Source: Bradymonadia bacterium
Lineage (GTDB): Bacteria; Myxococcota_A; Bradymonadia; UBA7976; UBA1532
Assembly: GCA_046290225.1 (NCBI GenBank)
Contig: JBKAGE010000071.1
Coordinates: 1-64,000, forward strand
DNA length: 64,000 bases
Direction: 5' to 3'
In this document: positions 1-7,680 of the stretch, one piece after another
How positions within the stretch are numbered: the first letter of the stretch is position 1
Layout of the letters: each line of letters opens with the position of its first letter
Notes under the pieces: model-generated
The model's database searches: none
The model's input: the letters and a program-made list of their open reading frames with translations, nothing else
What the model was told of the DNA's origin: nothing
Position numbers and translations under genes: made by a program

Positions 1-390
1 ACAGGTTCTTTGGCTCTGTGACTCTTTATGTTTTTTGTCAAAAATAATGACTTCTTCTTCAGGGCATGGAGCGTTGGCGATTGCTCTAATCATGGATTGT
101 AGTATTTGGTACAGTGAAAGGAGAGTGTTTGCTGGAAACCTCAATGGTTTGAATCGTCTTCTCTACGAAAGCATTGTGTGTGGGAGAAAAGGCATATGCT
201 TCTCTCCAGATATTGAACAGCCTCCTAGCACTATTGTCTGTATAATGAAACCCATGAACGTAGCCTTGTTCCATTTTGTCTGTTAGCCCTCTTGGGTTAT
301 TGGTGCGAGTACGAAAGTCACTTCCCTGAGTTCGGCAGCGGTGGTTGTTATCACACTACGGCATTCGCAATCAACAGTAATGATAACTAG
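1..390. other. AT-rich segment, probably horizontally acquired, running off the window edge
   Basis: Hand count of bases 1-180 gives about 40% GC, against a visibly GC-rich remainder; lies next to IS remnants. Confidence 0.7.
86..274 (-). CDS. hypothetical protein or gene fragment (62 aa)
   Basis: ORF only, no recognisable motif; an overlapping frame (MIRAIANAPCPEEE...) continues to the window edge. Confidence 0.25.
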   Translation of the reverse strand: MEQGYVHGFHYTDNSARRLFNIWREAYAFSPTHNAFVEKTIQTIEVSSKHSPFTVPNTTIHD

Positions 391-595
391 TACTTGGTTG
401 CCGCCCCGCGTGAATGCTGAAGTTCAACCCCAGGCCGACTGCCAGGAGACAACGGGCGATCCTGGCAGATGACACCAGCGAAGATGTTGGTGAGTGATGT
501 GGCGGCCTGACGGCAGTGAAGGCTAAGAATATGAGGGCCTGATCGTGCTTTGCGAGCGGGTTGACCTCGAGTGTAGAGGGTGATTTGATAGGTGC

Positions 596-766
596 ATGCC
601 AAGACCATATTCGACAGATTTGAGAGACCGTGTTGTAGCAGCGGCTGATGGTGGAATGAGCTACGACGAGATTGCGGAGCGGTTCGACATTGGGCGGTCG
701 CTAGGAATGACAACCAAAAGTGGCCCCACCCTGCTCTCGAATTCTGGCCCCACCTTCGGCAGCTGA
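596..766 (+). pseudogene. IS630-family transposase N-terminal HTH remnant
   Basis: My translation MPRPYSTDLRDRVVAAADGGMSYDEIAERFDIGRS matches the typical IS630 start (PYSxDLRxRVVxA...AxRF); similarity stops near 700. Confidence 0.75.
708..754. mobile_element. IS21-like terminal sequence truncating the IS630 remnant
   Basis: TGACAACCAAAAGTGGCCCCACC followed by a second TGGCCCCACC (721-730 and 745-754), resembling the tandem transposase-binding sites of IS21 ends. Confidence 0.45.
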
Positions 767-834
767 AAAATTGGTGTTCCGCCCCGCCATCGTGGTGATG
801 AGTTTCCGAATGCTGGAGAGACTCGAGCGGAGTG

Positions 835-862
835 ATGCCAGGGGCTGCGCCCCCGGACCCCC
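835..862 (+). repeat. 28-bp repeat, copy 1 (ATGCCAGGGGCTGCGCCCCCGGACCCCC)
   Basis: Inverted match, 1 mismatch, to 1546-1573; internal hairpin GGGGC-TGC-GCCCC. Confidence 0.9.
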
Positions 863-877
863 CCCTACGCGACAACA

Positions 878-1177
878 TTAGGCTGCCGACGCCAAGTTTT
901 CCCGAATCATCGAGGGGTGCCGGGCGGCGATGCGCAGCAAAGCCAGTGCAGGTCCCTCTGGACGACGTCGACCTTGCTCCCAGTTTTGCAGCGTGCGCAC
1001 GCTGATGCCCAAGGCGGTGGCAAACTGAGCCTGTGTGAGCCCCACAAAAGCCCTGAGGGCGGCGATGTCCTCACCGGACCGGATATCACCGGCGATGATG
1101 CGCTGCCGTTGGCTGCGGAGGAGTGAGCGAGCAAAGCTCTGCTCTGTCAGTTCCGGCATCTCGTCTGTCATTGCCAT
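878..1177 (-). CDS. XRE/HTH_3 antitoxin with a BrnA-like N-terminus
   Basis: GLTQAQFATALGISVRTLQNWEQGRRRP HTH; overlaps the toxin stop; N-terminal DEMPELTEQSFAR. Confidence 0.85.
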   Translation of the reverse strand: MAMTDEMPELTEQSFARSLLRSQRQRIIAGDIRSGEDIAALRAFVGLTQAQFATALGISVRTLQNWEQGRRRPEGPALALLRIAARHPSMIRENLASAA

Positions 1178-1458
1178 TGCTCCAAGTGACGGTGGTACAT
1201 GTCGATTTCACGGGCGGTGGCCCATCGGGCAGAGATGATGCGGATGGTGTCGTGGGCCCTCTCCGTCCACACCACCATGACTACGCTATCTTTGATGGGG
1301 CCAATGGTGATGAATCGATCTTCATAGTCGGAGTGGTACTCGTCGTAAATCTCGAGTGCCTTGTCGTCGTTCTCGAAGACGCTTGAGGCCTGCTCGAAGC
1401 TCACCCCATGCTTTCGCTGGTTGGATGCGTCCTTCTCCAGGTCCCAATCAAACTTCAT
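1168..1458 (-). CDS. brnT: BrnT-family toxin (RelE-fold ribonuclease)
   Basis: MKFDWDxxKxxSNxRKHGVSFE, EDRFITIG and IRIISARxAT signature motifs. Confidence 0.92.
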   Translation of the reverse strand: MKFDWDLEKDASNQRKHGVSFEQASSVFENDDKALEIYDEYHSDYEDRFITIGPIKDSVVMVVWTERAHDTIRIISARWATAREIDMYHRHLEQWQ

Positions 1459-1545
1459 GACTTCGCAGGATAATGGCGGGCGGTGTGTACGTCAATGGCG
1501 TATCTGTTGCGTTGGGCAAGCGTTCAGTGCCCAGCAAACCCACTT

Positions 1546-1573
1546 GGGGGTTCGGGGGCGCAGCCCCTGGCAT
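1546..1573 (-). repeat. 28-bp repeat, copy 2 (inverted)
   Basis: Reverse complement ATGCCAGGGGCTGCGCCCCCGAACCCCC. Confidence 0.9.
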
Positions 1574-1637
1574 GTATTCACCTCGATTGAGAACGGAAGT
1601 GTCTCAGGCCTTGAAGGCTCAAACCAGTGGTGGAGTC

Positions 1638-1976
1638 TCAGTTCTCGTCTTCGCCAAGCAGTTCCACCAGGGTTGTGGCCACGAAGAAGCGATCGACCAC
1701 AGCCTTGAGCTGGTTCATTGTGGCGCGCCCAGCCCACTCCCGAGCAACATCAATGTCTTGAGGGAACCTCTGCCGCACCACCTTCATGATCGTCTCGGTC
1801 AGAGCCTTGGCCTCTCCACGAGCCTCTCCACGACTTTCGAGGGCTTCGAGGTACTGATTGGCGTAGGGCATGATCTCCTCTCCTGCGAGGTCGTTGACCA
1901 CGGTCTTGAGTGCGTGGACAAGGGTGGTGTCCCTCAAGTCGCCGTGGGTGAGCAGAGTATAGCGGAAGAACGAAAC
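1638..1976 (-). pseudogene. C-terminal part of an Rpn/YhgA-like (DUF4351-type tail) protein; internal ATG at 1871 could give a 77-aa product
   Basis: FFRYTL...EEIMPYANQYLEALESRGEARGEAKAL...RQRF...; no N-terminal nuclease domain; AGGAGAGGAG directly upstream of the internal ATG. Confidence 0.65.
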
Positions 1977-2155
1977 TCGCCGTCGTGGATGAGCAGCGGC
2001 AGGCGCCCCGCACAATCCGACTTTTACGTGACCAAGGGGCAACGAACAGGTTGAGCACTTTATCTGATTGAAAACGACCATTATGGTCATCGGAAAAGCC
2101 TTCTTGGAAAGGCACCACACTCACTCTCTACTCTCGAAGATCAAGGAGAAGTGAC

Positions 2156-2578
2156 ATGGGTAAAGTCTGTCCCAACTGCGGGACGCCGGGGATGGTGCAC
2201 GAGACCCGGGTCGATGTCGTCGAGTACGTGCACGACGGTGAGACCTACAGGCGCTCCATCAATCAGCCCGCGTGGTGGTGTGATGCGTGCGGTGAGGGTG
2301 TCATGCAGGGCGACGAGCTGCTCATCGGGGAGCAGGCATTGTTCGAGCTTCGTGCCCAGGCACACGGCGTGCTGACGCCCGGCGAGGTGAAGCGCATTCG
2401 AAAGAAGCTCGACCTCACTCAGACCGAGGCCGGCGCGATCTTGGGTGGTGGGGTGAAGGCGTTCTACAAATACGAGTCGGGTCGTATTCTGCCCAGTGTG
2501 GCCATCTCCAACTTGTTGCGGCTGCTGGACCACCAACCCAGCTTGCTCGACCATTTGAAGAGTGATGAAGCCGCGTAG
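2156..2578 (+). CDS. mqsA: MqsA-family antitoxin (Zn-binding domain + XRE HTH)
   Basis: CPNC...CDAC zinc pair and IRKKLDLTQTEAGAILGGGVKAFYKYESG; SD AAGGAG. Confidence 0.92.
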   Translation: MGKVCPNCGTPGMVHETRVDVVEYVHDGETYRRSINQPAWWCDACGEGVMQGDELLIGEQALFELRAQAHGVLTPGEVKRIRKKLDLTQTEAGAILGGGVKAFYKYESGRILPSVAISNLLRLLDHQPSLLDHLKSDEAA

Positions 2579-2587
2579 GGCGAGTGC

Positions 2588-4171
2588 TCACGCCCGCAAC
2601 ACGGTGACCGGGCGCCCGCTGGGGGTCACGTGCGATTCGAAGCGAGTGCGGTCGAATACATCCGCCGCATCGTCGCGCATATCGAAGATGACCAGCCAGC
2701 CTGAGTCGAGCTGCACCCGGCCCAGGTACTCATCCAGCTGGGCCAAACCGCGCGCCAATGGATCACCCTGGCGATCACCTGTGGCCCAGCGTTTGAGCTC
2801 GATGGCTTCACGCTGCACCTGGCGGCCGTCCGGAGCGTCGTAGGGCCAGCGGAGCAGCAGATCGATGCGGCCTCGGCCGATGCCGTACTCGCGGTCGATG
2901 GTGCCGCCGCCGTTCACCACACGCTGCAGGAACGCCATCATCACGATTTGCGCTGTGGCCTCGGGGTATGTTTGCCCTGGTCTAGCCATAGCTTCGCCAT
3001 GCTCCATCCAGAAGTCGGCAAAGGCCTGCATGGCGGCGGGCATGTCGAAGCGCCCGTCGCTCAGCACAAAGCGCGCAGGCTCGGCCTGGATTCGGGGGGT
3101 ATAGTTCGACGCCAGGGCCCGGACCATGACCTCACGATAGATGGGGTTCGCGGGTCGCACTGGTGGATCACGGGTGATGAGACCCAGATCTGCCACATAG
3201 CCCACGTCATCGTTGTATGTCATGTCCGAGGTCGTCTGTGTGTGTCTGCCAGAGATGAGCGGCTCGAGCACACGCCGCACCGGAGGCTCGTTGAGCTTCG
3301 ACACCAGCGAGTCGAGGTGGGTGGCCCTCGCCAGAATCAGCCGCTCTTTCGCGCGCTCGATGTGCTCCACAGTGATCGCCTCGGTGACCTGCATCTGGTC
3401 GATCACTTCGGCGGCGAGGCTGTTGACCAGCCACGGCTGACCTTGCGTCAGCTCGAAGGCCCGCAGCTTGGCGTCGTCAGTGAAGACTTGCCCGGTGGCT
3501 TCAGTGTGCTGTGTGTAGAGAGTGGCCACCTCTTCGGTGGTGAAATTGCCCATGGTGAGCGACCCGACCTTGATGTTGAACGGGCTCGCCGTGCCCATTC
3601 GCTCGCTGCCTCCGCTCGTCTTTTTGTAATCGCGTACGTCTCGCAGTCCGCACAGGACCACCGACCACGGCGCGTGCCCTGGCCGGTTCGAAAACCCCGC
3701 CCGCAACTGCCGCAGAATCCCGTTCAGCGCCTGCCCCATGAGCGCGTCTATCTCGTCAAAGAACAGCACCAGCGGCTTCGGGCAGGCCTCAGCCCATCGC
3801 TCCAGCGCGCTCTGCAGCAGCAGCGTCGAGCTGTCAGCGAAGCCCTCGGGGGGCCTCAACTCTGGCGCCAACTCGCGTCGCGCCTCCAGCAACATGCTCT
3901 TGAGCACATGACGCTGCGCCTCCGTGGGATCATCAGGCCACGCCGCTGCCGCCTCACAGGAGAAGTAGAGCGCCGCATATTCACCTGCGGCGGTCATCTC
4001 CCGCGCCACCGCTTTGAGGCTCGTGGTTTTACCGCACTGTCTCGGGGCGTGCACCACCATGTACTGGCCACGCCTCACGTAAGGGTGAATCCCCGCCAGC
4101 CTCGGCGCCGGCGGCAGCGTGTAGTGCATTGATTCTACGCAGGGCCCCGTCGTATTGAAGAATCGCTCCAT
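2588..4171 (-). CDS. AAA-like ATPase with a C-terminal PD-(D/E)XK-like domain, paralogue 1
   Basis: Start MERFFNTTGPC; Walker A HAPRQCGKTT; Walker B LFFDEID; C-terminal EYGIGRGRIDL...IELKRW...QLDEY. Confidence 0.88.
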   Translation of the reverse strand: MERFFNTTGPCVESMHYTLPPAPRLAGIHPYVRRGQYMVVHAPRQCGKTTSLKAVAREMTAAGEYAALYFSCEAAAAWPDDPTEAQRHVLKSMLLEARRELAPELRPPEGFADSSTLLLQSALERWAEACPKPLVLFFDEIDALMGQALNGILRQLRAGFSNRPGHAPWSVVLCGLRDVRDYKKTSGGSERMGTASPFNIKVGSLTMGNFTTEEVATLYTQHTEATGQVFTDDAKLRAFELTQGQPWLVNSLAAEVIDQMQVTEAITVEHIERAKERLILARATHLDSLVSKLNEPPVRRVLEPLISGRHTQTTSDMTYNDDVGYVADLGLITRDPPVRPANPIYREVMVRALASNYTPRIQAEPARFVLSDGRFDMPAAMQAFADFWMEHGEAMARPGQTYPEATAQIVMMAFLQRVVNGGGTIDREYGIGRGRIDLLLRWPYDAPDGRQVQREAIELKRWATGDRQGDPLARGLAQLDEYLGRVQLDSGWLVIFDMRDDAADVFDRTRFESHVTPSGRPVTVLRA

Positions 4172-4262
4172 CTCTTCGCACTCCACAGCGGTCGCTGGCG
4201 CACACTACCATGGCGCTCGGGGTGTGTGATGGGGCAGGTACGCGTCAGCGTAAGTGGGGGAA

Positions 4263-4288
4263 GCCAGGGGCTGCGCCCCCGGATCCCC
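4263..4288 (+). repeat. 28-bp repeat family, copy 3
   Basis: GCCAGGGGCTGCGCCCCCGGATCCCC between the divergent ATPase genes. Confidence 0.85.
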
Positions 4289-4381
4289 ACTCATGCGAGA
4301 TCGGCTGCCCTCGCCTGGACGCCCGGACCATCTCAGCTGTAGGGTCAAGGCCATGAACCTTCGACGAGAGCCCACACCGCA

Positions 4382-5959
4382 ATGAAGAAGCGCTTCAACA
4401 CAGCGGGGCCATGCAATGGCCAGCGTCACTACATGCTGCCCGCCGTGCCGCGTCTGCCGCAGCTGCCCGAGCTGATCGAGACTGGGGCTTACTTCGTCGT
4501 GCACGCCCCTCGCCAGACCGGCAAGACCACTCTGCTCAAACACATCGCTCGACAGGTGAACGCAGAGGGCGAGATGACAGCCGTCCACTTCTCGTGTGAG
4601 GCCGGCGAGGCCGCAGGCGACGACTACGTGGCTGCACAGCGATCTGTCATCTACGCCATGGTCACTGCGAGTCAAATGACCCTGCCGGAGGCTGAGCGAC
4701 CCCCCAGCGAGTTCGAGGAAGGGCCGGAGACGGACCTCTTGGCCGCCTTCTTGAGGGCATGGTCGGCCAGCTGTCCAAAGCCACTGGTGTTGCTCTTCGA
4801 CGAGATCGACGCACTGCGAGGTCAGAGTCTCATCTCAGTGCTGCGCCAGCTTCGGGCGGGGTACGATCATCGGCCCGACCATGCGCCCTGGTCAGTGGCG
4901 TTGTGTGGGCTCAGAGATGTGCGTGACTACAAAGCTGCCAGCGGGGGCGATGCTTCACGACTGGGCACATCAAGCCCATTCAATGTCAAAGTCGAGTCAT
5001 TGGCGCTCGGTAACTTCACCGCTGAGCAGGTCGCGACGCTCTACACACAGCACACTGAGGCCTCTGGACAGGCCTTCGAAGAAGCCGCGATCGAACGGGC
5101 CTTCGAGTTGACTCAAGGCCAACCATGGTTGGTGAACAGCCTCGCTGCCGAAGTGCTCTACAAAATGAAGGTGGTCGACACCATCACGACCAAACACATC
5201 GAGCAGGCGAAAGAGCAGCTCATTCTGGCCAGAGCCACCCATCTCGATTCGCTGATCGCCCGGCTGCATGAGCCGGCGGTTCGGCGGATTCTAGCGCCTC
5301 TGCTCGCAGAGAAAGATGACGGGGTCCCCAACGACCTGACCTACAACGACGACTTCAGCTATGTGCGTGATCTGGGCCTCGTCGCCCGAGATTATCCCGT
5401 GCGGCCGGCGAACCCGATCTATCGCGAGGTCATCGTGCGTGGCCTCACAGCGAACTACGAGCCCCAGATCGTGGTGGAGCCGGCGCGCTTCGTGATGGGT
5501 GACGGGCGCTTCGACATGCCCGCGGCGATGCAGGCCTTCGGTGACTTCTGGCGCCGGCATGGCAGAGGGCTCACTCAACGTGGGGTGACCTACCCTGAAG
5601 CGACGCCGCATATCGTGCTTATGGCGTTTCTACACCGTGTGGTGAACGGTGGCGGCTTCATCGATCGCGAATATGGCCTCGATCGTGGCGCCATCGATCT
5701 CTACATCCGCTGGCCGATTGATGGTGACAGCCGAGACCTGCAGCACGAGGTGGTGGAGATCAAACGCTGGGCCACTCGGGGCAACCCACTGAACGAAGGC
5801 CTCGAGCAAATCGAGCGCTATCTGACAGCCCTGGGCCTCGATTCCGGTTGGTTGGTCATCTTCGACCAGCGCCAGTCTGCCCTCGCCGACATCCCTCAAA
5901 TTCGCTTCGAAGAGCACACCACGCCCAATGGGCTCACCGCACATCTCATGTGGGCGTGA
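4382..5959 (+). CDS. AAA-like ATPase with a C-terminal PD-(D/E)XK-like domain, paralogue 2
   Basis: HAPRQTGKTT, LLFDEID, EYGLDRGAIDL...VEIKRW...QIERY; colinear with paralogue 1. Confidence 0.88.
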   Translation: MKKRFNTAGPCNGQRHYMLPAVPRLPQLPELIETGAYFVVHAPRQTGKTTLLKHIARQVNAEGEMTAVHFSCEAGEAAGDDYVAAQRSVIYAMVTASQMTLPEAERPPSEFEEGPETDLLAAFLRAWSASCPKPLVLLFDEIDALRGQSLISVLRQLRAGYDHRPDHAPWSVALCGLRDVRDYKAASGGDASRLGTSSPFNVKVESLALGNFTAEQVATLYTQHTEASGQAFEEAAIERAFELTQGQPWLVNSLAAEVLYKMKVVDTITTKHIEQAKEQLILARATHLDSLIARLHEPAVRRILAPLLAEKDDGVPNDLTYNDDFSYVRDLGLVARDYPVRPANPIYREVIVRGLTANYEPQIVVEPARFVMGDGRFDMPAAMQAFGDFWRRHGRGLTQRGVTYPEATPHIVLMAFLHRVVNGGGFIDREYGLDRGAIDLYIRWPIDGDSRDLQHEVVEIKRWATRGNPLNEGLEQIERYLTALGLDSGWLVIFDQRQSALADIPQIRFEEHTTPNGLTAHLMWA

Positions 5960-6081
5960 TGTGGCCTCTGGTGATCCGTCAAGCGAGCGCACTGGGTGCT
6001 GATCGGACGAGATTGTCCAAATGACCTGAATTGAGGGTATGGTGGCCACCTACCTCAGTTGGCCCCTGACCGGAGAACTCG

Positions 6082-6579
6082 ATGTCCGCCAGCCACAGCG
6101 CCCCCGTCAGCTCGCCTGTGAACGCCCCGCGCAAGAGCATCCCCACCTACTGCTTCGCCCTCGTGGTGGTGCGCCTCGGCCACCGGTTCCTCGTGGTGCA
6201 GGAGACGAAGAAGCAGCAGTGGTACCTGCCCGCTGGTCGGGTGGAGCCCGGGGAGAGCTTCGCCGAGGCGGCGATCCGGGAGACGATGGAAGAGGCGGGG
6301 ATTCAGATCGCCATCGAGGGGATCCTGCGCATCGAGCACACGCCCCGAAAGAGCGGCACGGCCCGCTGCCGGGTGATCTTCCTGGCCCGGCCGGTGGACG
6401 ACACACGGCCGAAGTCGGTGCCCGATCAGGAGTCGCTCCGGGCGGCGTGGGTGACGATGGACGATTTGGCGCGCATCCCCAACCGGGGTCAGGAGATGCG
6501 GCGCATGTTCGAGTACGTGCTCAATGGAGGGCAGGTGTTCCCGCTGGCAATGTTGCAGCAGGAGGGCGCGCCATTCTGA
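6082..6579 (+). CDS. Nudix hydrolase
   Basis: Nudix box GRVEPGESFAEAAIRETMEEAGI. Confidence 0.92.
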   Translation: MSASHSAPVSSPVNAPRKSIPTYCFALVVVRLGHRFLVVQETKKQQWYLPAGRVEPGESFAEAAIRETMEEAGIQIAIEGILRIEHTPRKSGTARCRVIFLARPVDDTRPKSVPDQESLRAAWVTMDDLARIPNRGQEMRRMFEYVLNGGQVFPLAMLQQEGAPF

Positions 6580-6585
6580 CGAGCC

Positions 6586-7257
6586 TCAGTGCCCCGCGGA
6601 CTCACCCCACAGCTCCTTGAGTCGAGCATCACGACCACACCCGCGGCGGTAGCGCTGATAGTGGGTGGGGTTCTTCTTGTAGAAATCCTGGTGATAGTCC
6701 TCGGCGGCATAGAAGGGGTTCGCCGCCTTCACCGGCGTCACCACGGCGCCGGGCAGTGTCTTCGCCGCCACGAGCTTCGCCTTCGAGGCCTCGGCGATGC
6801 GCTTCTGCTCTGCGGAGTGATAGTAGATACCAGTGCGATACTGCGTGCCTGCGTCGCAGAACTGTCGGTTCTCCGTCGTAGGGTCGATGTTGTGCCAGAA
6901 GATCTCCACCAATTGGGCGTAGGTCACCTTCTTGGGGTCGAAGATCACCCGAATGGCCTCGGTGTGGCCGGTATAGCCTGCTGAGACTTCTTTATAGGTC
7001 GGGTTGAGCTTGTGGCCATCGGTGTACCCCGAGAGCGTCTCCTGCACGCCCTCGATGGCGTCGAAGGGGCCTTCCATGCACCAGAAGCAACCGCCGGCGA
7101 AAGTTGCGATCTCCATACCCGCTGGTGGGGTATCGGAGAGGGCCTTCGAGGGGGCGCTCCCCACGCCGGGCTGTGAGCTCGGGGCCGCCTCGGTCGATGT
7201 GGAGCAGCCGGTGAACACGAGGGCGGCGAAGGCGGTGAGCAGAAGGGTGGAACGCAT
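6586..7257 (-). CDS. msrA: peptide-methionine (S)-S-oxide reductase, lipoprotein
   Basis: GGCFWC active site, GHTEAI, QYRTGIY, AEDYHQDFY; lipobox FTGC. Confidence 0.96.
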   Translation of the reverse strand: MRSTLLLTAFAALVFTGCSTSTEAAPSSQPGVGSAPSKALSDTPPAGMEIATFAGGCFWCMEGPFDAIEGVQETLSGYTDGHKLNPTYKEVSAGYTGHTEAIRVIFDPKKVTYAQLVEIFWHNIDPTTENRQFCDAGTQYRTGIYYHSAEQKRIAEASKAKLVAAKTLPGAVVTPVKAANPFYAAEDYHQDFYKKNPTHYQRYRRGCGRDARLKELWGESAGH

Positions 7258-7291
7258 GCTTTTCTCCTGGTGTTGTGCGGATGCCTGACTC

Positions 7292-7318
7292 TACGGGGGG
7301 TTGGGAGAAGTCGTTACA
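7292..7318 (-). promoter_or_regulatory. putative ECF-type promoter for msrA (TGTAAC-N17-CGTA)
   Basis: AAC/CGT pair with ECF-like spacing about 35 nt upstream of the ATG. Confidence 0.35.
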
Positions 7319-7330
7319 GATATCTCTTCT

Positions 7331-7680
7331 TGAGAGGTTGGGGGGCGCTCCGCGGGTAAGAGAGTTTTTCGGGCACGGGCACGGGCACGGGCACGGGCAC
7401 GAGTTGATACGTACCTGGACCCGTGGCCCTGCATGGCTCCGCTCGTGGGTTTTGACGGTGGGTGCTCTACTTGGCCCTGTGCTCCTCTCAGCGAAGGCTC
7501 TTGACCTCCATACACCCCAAGACTTGAAACCTCAGGTCGTTCTGAAGCGCACCATCTCAGCCTCAATGACAACCATCGCCCTGAATCCAGGATAGGCCAT
7601 GGGTCCGCGTATGTATCAACTCGTGCCCGTGCCCGTGCCCGAAAAACTCTCTTACCCGCGGAGCGCCCCCCAGCCTCTCA
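7331..7680. repeat. long inverted-repeat element with GGGCAC tandem repeats (MITE/REPIN-like)
   Basis: Arms 7331-7427 and 7596-7680 are near-perfect reverse complements; 5 versus 3 GGGCAC units. Confidence 0.9.

Noticed and set aside
7275..7595. ORFs with HGHGHGH or RARARA runs
   Set aside because: Translations of the GGGCAC microsatellite in the inverted-repeat element
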